From Acaryochloris marina S15 (GTDB lineage: Bacteria > Cyanobacteriota > Cyanobacteriia > Thermosynechococcales > Thermosynechococcaceae): a DNA stretch of 24,000 nt. Numbering within the stretch: the stretch's first letter is position 1; every line of letters starts with the position of its first letter. Under the pieces are notes generated by a model that was not told where the DNA came from, did not search any database, and worked only from the letters and a program-made list of their open reading frames with translations. This document shows positions 16,634 to 24,000 of this stretch, one piece after another. The stretch lies in the NCBI RefSeq assembly GCF_018336915.1, contig NZ_CP064923.1, positions 1,150,653-1,174,652 of the forward strand, written 5' to 3'. The translations under genes were made by a program, and so were the position numbers.

Positions 16634-18117
16634 CAATGTCACTGACTTAAGAAAGCAGAAAAGGGCTGCAAGTCTTGATAGATATAGAATCAAGACTTGC
16701 AATCCATCAATAATCTGCCTTCTACTATGTCTGAGTCAGCCGAAATTCTCAAGCATCAGTTTTCCCAAAGCCTGGGATTGCCCTGGACGGATATTCTTCC
16801 CGCTTCAAGGCTGACCGACATCCTAGCAGAGGAATCAATCTCCTATCGCAACCGTGTGTATACGCCCATCGTTACGTTGTGGGCCATGCTCTACCAAGCA
16901 TTATCTGCAGACAAAAGCTTGCGCAACACAGTCAAATGCATCACCACCTGGCTCACTGCCGCAGGACTCCAACCCCCATCATCAGATACAGGAGCCTACA
17001 GTAAAGCCCGAGGAAGATTACCTGAGTCCCTGCTGCAACGGTTAATTCCCGAAACTGCTAATCACATAGAGCAAAGCATTCCCCAAGAACACCACTGGTG
17101 TAATCGAACAGTGAAAGTCTATGACGGCACGACAGTGCTGATGGCTGATAGTGTGGCGAACCAAGGGGAGTATCCTCAACATGGCAATCAGGCTCCTGGC
17201 TGTGGATTCCCCATTGCCCGTTTAGTGGTGTTTTTTTGCTTAATCACAGGGGCAGTGGTCTCAGCCTGCATTGCCCCCTGGAGCATGAGTGAAATCGTCA
17301 TCAGTCGGCTGCTTTATGAGGATCTGGAGGTTGATGATGTGGCCATAGCAGATCAAGCCTATGGCAGCTATGTTGATCTAGCCCTGATTCAACAACAAGG
17401 AGCCGATGGGGTTTTACGTAAACATCATGCCCGTCATACAGACTTCCGTAAAGGACGTAAGAACGGGATAGGAGACCACCAAGTTCAATGGCAAAAGCCC
17501 ACACGGTGTCCCGCCCACATGAGTGCAACGGAGTTTGCAGAGATTCCCAAAACGTTGACAGTCAGGGAGGTATCGCTACGTCTATCGCGTCGAGGCTTTC
17601 GAGACCAGTTCATTATCGTCGTCACAACCTTACTGGATGCTCAGCGCTATAGTGCTAAACAATTGACTCGCTTGTACGGATGGCGATGGCAGGCGGCTGA
17701 AGTCAATTTGAGACACCTCAAAACCACCTTAAAGATGGAAATGCTCACAGCAAAGACACCTGAAATGGTGCGCAAGGATATTTGGTCTCATTTGCTAGGC
17801 TACAACTTATTGAGAAGTCTCATGGAACAGGCTGCCCCATGGGCAGAATATGACCGCTCTCGACTCTCTTTACAAGGGGCTCGACAACACTTTAATCAGA
17901 TGCTGGTTTTGTTAGCAACGGCCACACAAGCTATACGTCAACGGTTGTATGCTCATCTGCTTGAAAATATTGCTACTGACCTTCTGCCTGTTCGACCCCA
18001 TCGGCTCGAACCCAGGGTCGTTAAACGAAGACCTAAGCCCTTCCCCAGAATGCGACAACCGCGCTCTGTCCTCAAAGCCAATCTGGCTGCTTGATTAAGC
18101 TTATCTCAGTGCCATTG
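16634..18117 (+). mobile_element. IS4-family insertion sequence (1484 bp), apparently intact
   Basis: 18-bp terminal IRs: caatgtcactgacttaag (16634..16651) against the reverse complement of 18100..18117, caatggcactgagataag (15/18). It has a single transposase ORF and a 12-bp direct duplication of the target. This matches the IS4 group, which has 18-bp IRs and 11-13 bp duplications. Confidence 0.85.
16727..18094 (+). CDS. IS4-family DDE transposase
   Basis: IS4-type N-terminal region (LPWTDILPASRLTDILAEESISYRNRVYTPIVTLWAMLYQAL). DDE-domain stretches VKVYDGTTV and VAIADQAYGSY. C-terminal YREK-like signature LYGWRWQAAEVNLRHLK. I placed the start at ATG 16727; the track start at 16697 is TTG. 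Confidence 0.9.
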   Translation: MSESAEILKHQFSQSLGLPWTDILPASRLTDILAEESISYRNRVYTPIVTLWAMLYQALSADKSLRNTVKCITTWLTAAGLQPPSSDTGAYSKARGRLPESLLQRLIPETANHIEQSIPQEHHWCNRTVKVYDGTTVLMADSVANQGEYPQHGNQAPGCGFPIARLVVFFCLITGAVVSACIAPWSMSEIVISRLLYEDLEVDDVAIADQAYGSYVDLALIQQQGADGVLRKHHARHTDFRKGRKNGIGDHQVQWQKPTRCPAHMSATEFAEIPKTLTVREVSLRLSRRGFRDQFIIVVTTLLDAQRYSAKQLTRLYGWRWQAAEVNLRHLKTTLKMEMLTAKTPEMVRKDIWSHLLGYNLLRSLMEQAAPWAEYDRSRLSLQGARQHFNQMLVLLATATQAIRQRLYAHLLENIATDLLPVRPHRLEPRVVKRRPKPFPRMRQPRSVLKANLAA

Positions 18118-18129
18118 TACTCAGGGGTT
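18118..18129. repeat. Target-site duplication (right copy) of the IS4-family insertion
   Basis: tactcaggggtt, identical to 16622..16633. Confidence 0.75.
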
Positions 18130-18803
18130 TGCTCCACAATCATGATCTCTTTCACCGTTGCGATCGCCCGGTCTGAAAAAGGCAGTTCATTGCGATACAA
18201 ACGCTGAAGGAATTGAATCTGTTCCTTGGGTGAGATCCGTAAATCCCCTGTTAGCCAAAAGGTATCAATGTCATCGGCTTCTCCAATTAATTGGTTGCCA
18301 TAGCCCACCGTGGTTACCCACTGCTGCATCTGCTGAAAGCCAATGCGACGAGCTAACACCTGATAGAACCAGACCCCCGACACTTTAAAAGCCGTTTGCA
18401 GATTGAGGTCCCGATTCCAGGTGGGGATACTGCGTTCCACCCCATCCCAGGTCAAAATCGCCAGCTCATTGGCAATCACCCCTGTCTCTAACGCAATCAG
18501 AGAGTTGAGGATTTTAAAGGTAGACGCAGGCAAAAACGGCTGAGTATTGCGAGTCGAATTGTGCTGATAGGTTCGATTTCGTTTGAGGTCGTAAATCAGA
18601 ATCGAGCCATTGACCTTTAGATCTTGAAAGGGTTGGGCCAGGGAAACATTCTGCTGAACCAATTTAGGGGTGGCTGCTGCCGATGGCTCACCCAGGGGGA
18701 TGGCGGTTAAATATAGACTTGCGATCGCATATCCAAAACATCGGGCAACACAGTACCCTAGATTTTTATCGACATGATTAACCATATTCTCGATGACCTT
18801 CAT
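18118..18803 (-). pseudogene. 5' fragment of the IS-disrupted class-D (OXA-like) beta-lactamase homologue
   Basis: Class-D motifs in order: active site STFK (PASTFKILNSL), SxV (KVSGVWFYQ), YGN (VGYGNQ). The KTG box is on the other side of the IS. The track ORF 18072..18803 ends with 14 residues (NGTEISLIKQPDWL) read from IS sequence. The two fragments total 867 nt, i.e. 288 codons plus stop. Confidence 0.8.
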
Positions 18804-18930
18804 TCAAACGGTTGTGGGGCTCGATCGGGGGGTGTTTATCGAGGTCGATGCCTTGACCACCTTTTTAGGTTGCTCATCACTCAGTAAACAAGAGTTAGAC
18901 TACTGCAGGAACTATTGCTACATACTAGGT

Positions 18931-19080
18931 TTACCGACTCGGTTGGCCTTTGTATTCAAGGGGTTTCAGCCCTTCAATCCCACCTTGTTGATACTGCCGA
19001 AGGGTTTTGGCTAAAGTGGGGCGACTAATCTGACAATTCCCACCTAATTTTGCCGAATGATGGATTGAGTCTGGGGAACT
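18931..19080 (-). pseudogene. Short remnant resembling the N-terminal HTH of an IS630-type transposase
   Basis: A 49-codon open frame bounded by stops and lacking a start codon translates to ...SAKLGGNCQISRPTLAKTLRQYQQGGIEGLKPLEYKGQPSR*. This resembles the HTH plus GGIEGL...G(R/Q)PS(K/R)L pattern at the N-terminus of IS630-family transposases. I saw no IRs and no DDE part. Confidence 0.3.
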
Positions 19081-19108
19081 CTAGGGGTATTCGAGCATTA
19101 GTGATCAG

Positions 19109-19783
19109 ATGCTTCTTCTGCAATTCCTTAAAAACTCAATCTCTATGGTAGAAAGACGAGAATATTGCTGCCGTTCTCCACTGACTTTTCTTTTGGGTGT
19201 GGGATTCAGCCTGTTGCTATCGCTAGCGTTCCTGGCTCCGAGTCAGGCCATTCATTGGGCTGATATCCCTAATCCACGTCAAGACAATAATTGGGTTATG
19301 GATAAAGGGGACATCCTCAGCCTTGAGAGTGAAGCTAAGCTCAATCAGATGATCTCGGCCTTGGAAGCCAAGAACGGGATCGAGATGGTAGTGGTGACTG
19401 TGCCGGAGGTACATCCTTTGGGGGCCACCGAAGAGTTGGCTCAGGCGCTTTTCACCACTTGGAAATTGGGTAAGAGAGGGCAAAATAACGGCGTTATGTT
19501 ATTGGCCTCTAAAAAGGAAGGTCGTGTAGCCATAGAAAAGGGATCTGGTTTACGGTCTGACCTGACTTATGAACAGGTAGATAACATTATTCAGACTCAG
19601 ATCACTCCTCAGTTAGAGCGAGATAATTTTGATGCCGGTGTTGTCAATGGTGCTCAGGCCATGATCCAAATTCTTGAGAATAAAAGCGAAGACTCGATTT
19701 CTTTTTTCCAGATCGTGCTGCTGATGTTAGGGGCTGTAATTTGGGCCTATATCGCTAAAACCCTATGGAAAGTCTTTAGGTAA
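19109..19783 (+). CDS. TPM-domain protein (YgcG/Psb32/TLP18.3-like), short form with C-terminal TM helix
   Basis: Signal-anchor LTFLLGVGFSLLLSLAFLAPSQA, then a TPM pattern: IPNPRQDNNWVMDKGDILS...LNQMISALEAKNGIEMVVVTVPEV...LFTTWKLGKRGQNNGVMLLASKKEGRVAIEKGSGL...FDAGVVNGAQAMIQILE. A single C-terminal helix follows (FFQIVLLMLGAVIWAYIA). The alternative start ATG 19145 is possible. Confidence 0.85.
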   Translation: MLLLQFLKNSISMVERREYCCRSPLTFLLGVGFSLLLSLAFLAPSQAIHWADIPNPRQDNNWVMDKGDILSLESEAKLNQMISALEAKNGIEMVVVTVPEVHPLGATEELAQALFTTWKLGKRGQNNGVMLLASKKEGRVAIEKGSGLRSDLTYEQVDNIIQTQITPQLERDNFDAGVVNGAQAMIQILENKSEDSISFFQIVLLMLGAVIWAYIAKTLWKVFR

Positions 19784-19992
19784 TCCCTTGAATAGCCACC
19801 TTGATACAAAAATTCTGTCCAGTTGTATTGGAAGTTGGGGCGGTGCGAACAACGGAAGGTTTTGAAGAGAGGCTAGAGATGTTGGGTAAGGGTGAGTAGA
19901 TGTTCAGAATGACGGGGCTCGTTTGGGGAGTGATAGGAATATCCAGACATAACTGTTTAAAGGTCTGATCAAGACTCTATTTTGAGAGAAAT

Positions 19993-21666
19993 ATGCTGCT
20001 CAATCGTATAAAACGTCGTAGACATCAACTGCTGATATCCCTTTTTACTCTGGTATGCGGCCTGCTACTATTTTTATCCTCACTGGCCCCAAGTCGGGCC
20101 ATTCCCGTATCTGAAGTCCCTAATCCTCGCCAGAACAATAATTGGGTGACGGATATGGCCGATTTGCTTAGTCCTGACAGCGAGACCAAGCTAAATCAGA
20201 TGATTACGGCATTGGAAGAGACCAATGGTGCTGAAATTGCAGTGGTGACGGTTCCCGATACTAAACCTTCCGCATCCCCCAAAGCGTTTGCGACAGAGCT
20301 ATTTAACACTTGGGGGATTGGGGAAAAAGGCGTAGACAACGGTATCTTATTTCTGGTCTCGAAGTATGAACGTCGTACAGAAATCGAGACAGGGTAAGGC
20401 CTAGAATCCATTCTTCCTGATGCGAAGGTGGGCAATATTCTCCGTACCCAGGTCACCCCTCACTTTAAGCAAGGCAATTTTGATGCAGGTATCGTTAATG
20501 GAACTCAGGCGATTATCCAGGTTCTAGAAGGTGGAACGATTGCATCTCAAGCGCCCTTGCCAGAAGAGAGCTTGCAACCATCAACATCGCTAACAAAGAG
20601 AGGGAAACCAGTATTTTGGTTAGGCTATTTGGCTGTTATTACAGTTGTGGTCGTTACTGTGATGGGGATATTGAAATATGTGAATCAAAGAAAGACGCAA
20701 GTCTATCGGATTTCTCCTAGGGGGCGTACCACTTTGGCCTCTCATATATGGGTGTCTCTCTGGATTAAAAATCTTCGGAAATTATCCTTAGACGACTGTA
20801 GACAACGCCCCATCCAGCATGGTGTTGCCCTGAATTCAATCACGGTATTTAAAACTTGGTGGGCTTGCTATGGCGTATCAGCTGGACTGCTGCTAATGGC
20901 TGATTCCATGGATTTCGAAGTAGTTTGGTGGCTCATCTTCGCACTCTTTATAATGTATGAGCTGTGGTGCTGTTTTAGGCGTGATGTAAGCAGCACAAAA
21001 GCTAGCTATGACTTATTCATGTTGAATGTGTTTATTTTCCTATTTATAGGTGGGGGCTTCTTTTTTATAGGCTTAATCAATCCTTCTATTCCTAGAGTTC
21101 TTATGCTACCGTTCCTAAGCTTTTTCCCCTGTGTACTCCGGGGCATGAGATTGCTGCCTCCAAGTGGCACGGTGTTCATCAATGCGTGGCTTTTGATGAT
21201 GATAGGTGGGATTCTCTTTATTTATCCTTTTCTTTCTATCTTGCTGATACTGCCGTTTCTATATGCTTGTGCGGGTGCACTACGGTCAATGAGATTGTTA
21301 TCCCAAAAGAAGACGATATGCCAGTGTCAGTCTTGTGGTGATGCGATGCAATGGATTGATGAAGACTGTCTTCGACACAATCTGGAAGCATCCTTGTTTT
21401 CGAACCGATTCGAATGCCATGAAGGCTGGCAATGTCTCACCTGTGGTCCATCAACTGTGCATATGTTTTCAGAACATTTCCCATTGATCACTCACCGGTA
21501 TAGCGATAAATGGAGCAAGATCGGTTATCGTTCATCTCACTCTCATAGTAGCAGTAGCTACAGCAGTGGCAGTAGCTATAGCAGCAGCGACTATGGTGGT
21601 AGTAGCAGAGGGAGTGACTTTGGTGGGGGCAGCAGTGGTGGCGGAGGAGCTGGAGAGAGCTGGTAA
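19993..21666 (+). pseudogene. TPM-domain protein with polytopic membrane region, CxxC zinc-ribbon and Ser/Gly-rich tail; interrupted by one in-frame TAA
   Basis: Track ORFs 19993..20397 and 20428..21666 are in the same frame. Reading through the TAA at 20395..20397 gives ...YERRTEIETG*GLESILPDAKVGNILRTQVTPHFKQGNFDAGIVNG. This aligns colinearly with the intact paralogues (IEKGSGLRSDL..., IQRGEGVQLIL...). Downstream features: SPRGRTTL, several TM helices, CQCQSCGDAMQWID...GWQCLTCG, and the YgcG-type tail ...GGSSRGSDFGGGSSGGGGAGESW. Confidence 0.75.
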
Positions 21667-21886
21667 CTGTCCTCTTCTGAATCGGTTTCGACTTTTGAAG
21701 TTCACGTTAGCATTCTCTGCTGTTTGCACTGACTACACATTCCCTATCACTTTTGGGGATGAATTGTGGTGGGTTATGGCGCAAAAGGATAACTGTTCAT
21801 CCTGCCAAGTGTCCTTTTGGGAACACTAGATATCTCTAGTGATGACTGCACCAAAGCCTTAGTCCAAACCTAAGCTGAATCTAAAT

Positions 21887-23539
21887 ATGTTTCTCACCAG
21901 ACTAAAAAAGCGAGAAAGTTCGCTGCTGACATTCATCTTGGCGTTGAGTTTCAGCCTATTTCTTTCGATATCTTCCCTAACACCGAGTCGGGCCATTCCC
22001 GTATCTGAAGTACCTAATCCACGCCAGGACAACCATTGGGTTATGGATAGTGCGGATATCCTCAGTCAGGAGAGTGAAGCAAAGCTGAACCAAATCATTG
22101 TTGCCAAGGCCAAGCACAGCTTTGAAGTGATAGTGGTAACAGTGCCGGATATAAAGCCCTCAGCTTCGTTAGAGGAGTTTGCAGCATCGCTTTTTGAAAC
22201 GTGGGAAATTGGTAAGCATAGGTTCAACAACGGCATTTTATTGCTGATATCTAAGGATGATCTTCGTGCAGAAATCCAAAGAGGAGAAGGGGTACAGCTC
22301 ATCCTCCCTGATGCAAGGGTGGACAACATTATTCAGACCCAGATCAATCCCTACTTAGAGCAGCGTGAATTTGATGAGGGTATTGTCAATGGCACCCAGA
22401 CAGTGCTTCAGATTCTTGAAAACGAAATCCAAAAATATCGGCAAGAAAGGACATTAGAGGACTACGGAACACCCCTGTCGTACCTACCCGATCCTTTCAT
22501 GCTGGAGATGGAGATAGCGATACGGGATATGGCTTGGTTCTTGATCACTTCAGTTCTGTCGAGTATTGCTATTGCTGTATTGGTCATGACTCCAGCGGTT
22601 GTGTTGATGAGTCTATTCCGTAAAAGTCAAGTTCTGCAGCTGTCTCCAGTGGGTCGGACAACCTTATTCAAGCAAGGTAGTAGATTGCGACTGATGTGGG
22701 GATCGATAACGTATTGGTTACTTACAGGCTATGCATCAGTTTATCCAGAACAACCGACCTCCATCTACAAGGGAATGCACTTTACTAACCCACTCATTCA
22801 AAGTTGGTGGATTCTCTTTGGTCTATATTCAGCGGTAGGGGTGACGTGGTCTTTTGTCCATCCAGTCCAAATGAATCAATTCCAAGGATTTTTGCTGTGC
22901 TGGCTTGGGGTTTGGTTGGGGTATGAACTTTGGTACTGCGTGAAACACAAAGACCCCAGGGGAAGCGAAGCTATGCTTCTTTTTCGTGGGCTGTTCCGCA
23001 GTAGTTTGGTCGCTTTTACTTTAGTGCTGATTGTGGCACGGGTCTTCAAAGTTCCTGGTTTCGAGACTGCATTAATCTTCTACCTCATCACTGCTTTTAG
23101 TGGTGCTTGGGCAGGGATGTTACTCCTGTTGCGATCGCTGACTCGTTACACGGAGGTACGGTGCCAGTCCTGTCATGGTTTGATGCAATGTCTAGATTCT
23201 AAAACCGTAGATAGCTATCTAAAACCAGCAGAAACAGCAGCCAAAATGCTTAAAAGTACTCGCTATGTGGGTTGGGAATGTCCAACGTGTAGCTTTGTTC
23301 ACCCAGAGAGCGACTTCAACATTCGTCTATTTCACGAAGTTGTGAAATCCGAAAAGTTTGGACATTGTAGTGAATGTGAGGCCTATGTTGTGCGTCAAAC
23401 GATTCAGGTTCTTCGACGTCCAAGATGGTTCACTGATGGGGAAACGCTAATTACAAGTCGATGTGTTTGCTGCGATCAGACCTCTGAATCTCACACGAAT
23501 ACTCCCTCCGAGTTCTATCAATTAATGAATCGGTATTAG
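21887..23539 (+). CDS. TPM-domain protein with polytopic membrane region and two C-terminal CxxC...CxxC zinc-ribbon-like modules
   Basis: Signal-anchor plus TPM pattern: VPNPRQDNHWVMDSADILS...FEVIVVTVPDIKPSAS...LFETWEIGKHRFNNGILLLISKDDLRAEIQRGEGV...FDEGIVNGTQTVLQILE. About 6 hydrophobic helices follow. Shared motifs with paralogue 2 are SPVGRTTL and YELWYC. The Cys modules are CQSCHGLMQCLD...GWECPTCS and HCSECEA...RCVCCDQ. Confidence 0.85.
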   Translation: MFLTRLKKRESSLLTFILALSFSLFLSISSLTPSRAIPVSEVPNPRQDNHWVMDSADILSQESEAKLNQIIVAKAKHSFEVIVVTVPDIKPSASLEEFAASLFETWEIGKHRFNNGILLLISKDDLRAEIQRGEGVQLILPDARVDNIIQTQINPYLEQREFDEGIVNGTQTVLQILENEIQKYRQERTLEDYGTPLSYLPDPFMLEMEIAIRDMAWFLITSVLSSIAIAVLVMTPAVVLMSLFRKSQVLQLSPVGRTTLFKQGSRLRLMWGSITYWLLTGYASVYPEQPTSIYKGMHFTNPLIQSWWILFGLYSAVGVTWSFVHPVQMNQFQGFLLCWLGVWLGYELWYCVKHKDPRGSEAMLLFRGLFRSSLVAFTLVLIVARVFKVPGFETALIFYLITAFSGAWAGMLLLLRSLTRYTEVRCQSCHGLMQCLDSKTVDSYLKPAETAAKMLKSTRYVGWECPTCSFVHPESDFNIRLFHEVVKSEKFGHCSECEAYVVRQTIQVLRRPRWFTDGETLITSRCVCCDQTSESHTNTPSEFYQLMNRY

Positions 23540-23592
23540 TTCGTAGCTATCTTTTGTCTAGATTTTTCTGAAAAGCCTTACCTTGAGTGCTT

Positions 23593-24000
23593 ATGAATTC
23601 CAATAACATCATTCCTGAAGACTGGGTGCCGATTGTTTTAGAAAAAGTAGGCCAACTGTATCTCCAAGAAACGGAGGCAGATGGTTTTTCTCTCGAACAA
23701 CTGATGGGTGCGGGTTCTGAGGCCCAAATCCCGCCAGAGCTGATTCAGCAGGCTTACCAACAGCTTCAGCAAGAGCAAGCAGAAGCCAAGCAACGTCAGG
23801 CCACTCGGCGGCAACAACTGAAGTTGGGAGGTGCGATCGCAACTACCGTAACCCTACTCGGAACACTGTGGTTCGGAGGGACCTACAACCATCTCAACGC
23901 TGCTAAGTCCACGGTTGAGGGCAAATGGGCACAGGTCGAAAACCAACTCCAGCGCCGTGCCGACCTTATTCCTCAACTCACCCAGATGGCCCAGTCCTAC
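23593..24000 (+). CDS. LemA-family protein (5' part; runs off the window)
   Basis: The frame is open from ATG 23593 to the window end (136 codons) and is absent from the track because no stop is reached. After a Q-rich ~80-aa N-terminal extension and a TM helix (LGGAIATTVTLLGTLWFGG) comes the LemA signature: TYNHLNAAKSTVEGKWAQVENQLQRRADLIPQLTQMAQSY. Confidence 0.85.
   Translation, partial: MNSNNIIPEDWVPIVLEKVGQLYLQETEADGFSLEQLMGAGSEAQIPPELIQQAYQQLQQEQAEAKQRQATRRQQLKLGGAIATTVTLLGTLWFGGTYNHLNAAKSTVEGKWAQVENQLQRRADLIPQLTQMAQSY

Noticed and set aside
16593-16814. ORF 16593..16814 crossing the left IS boundary, plus ORFs 16854..17045 and 17301..17528
   Set aside because: The first is a chimeric frame spanning target DNA and the IS end. 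The others are alternative frames inside the transposase gene.
18158-19014. ORFs 18158..18388 and 18793..19014
   Set aside because: The first is antisense within the OXA-like fragment. The second is an unsupported plus-strand frame in the spacer whose opposite strand carries the IS630-like remnant.
21824-21841. Palindrome cactaga-tatc-tctagtg 45 nt upstream of TPM paralogue 3
   Set aside because: The stem is only 7 bp, I found no second copy upstream of the other paralogues, and it may be chance.
19223-22329. Antisense ORFs in the TPM genes (19223..19483, 20196..20456, 22066..22329) and ORFs 21532..21729 / 21566..21829
   Set aside because: The first three are shadows of the TPM CDSs. The last two arise from the repetitive Ser/Gly codon tract (agc/agt/ggt) at the 3' end of paralogue 2, which is open in several frames.
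23609-23842. Minus-strand 77-aa ORF
   Set aside because: The plus-strand frame from 23593 carries a clear LemA signature and runs to the window end. The minus-strand ORF is its shadow.
1-24000. tRNA, rRNA, riboswitch, retron/DGR or toxin-antitoxin signatures
   Set aside because: I saw no cloverleaf-like T-arm/anticodon patterns, rRNA-like blocks, reverse transcriptase or small paired ORFs. No such feature can be supported from the sequence.

Overview
Cyanobacterial-type chromosomal DNA. I found nine copies of the HIP1 octamer GCGATCGC, at 2357, 7468, 10177, 12938, 18160, 18721, 23131, 23833 and inside a hairpin at 10161..10200. The window runs from a housekeeping/signalling stretch into an accessory stretch. 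(1) 1-4.7 kb, minus strand: three tandem paralogous Hanks-type Ser/Thr kinases with C-terminal membrane domains. Next to them lies a decayed fourth copy, largely replaced by a 138-bp element with inverted-repeat ends. (2) 5.1-13.2 kb: pheT; a convergent GGDEF diguanylate cyclase with a CxxCH (c-type haem) sensor domain; a signal-anchored SAM methyltransferase; an exported thioredoxin-fold-like protein; two small membrane proteins; a VOC/glyoxalase-fold protein. (3) 13.5-16.3 kb, AT-richer: a two-gene module. ORF1 is a TIR domain plus a P-loop NB-ARC-like NTPase. ORF2 is a winged-helix/ARC2-like region plus six near-identical 144-bp TPR-like repeats. Together they look like an NLR/STAND-type immune or cell-death system split into two ORFs, and this is my best candidate for a novel system. 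(4) 16.4-18.8 kb: a class-D (OXA-like) beta-lactamase homologue split by an intact IS4-family element with a 12-bp target-site duplication. A short IS630-like HTH remnant follows. (5) 19.1-24.0 kb: three tandem TPM-domain (YgcG/Psb32-like) paralogues followed by a LemA gene that runs off the window. Two paralogues carry an unusual polytopic-membrane plus CxxC zinc-ribbon extension, and one of these has an in-frame TAA. I saw no rRNA, tRNA or CRISPR array. Several ORF-track starts are TTG/GTG codons, and I moved them to downstream ATGs supported by paralogue alignment. All domain calls come from motif reading by eye; no database search was run.
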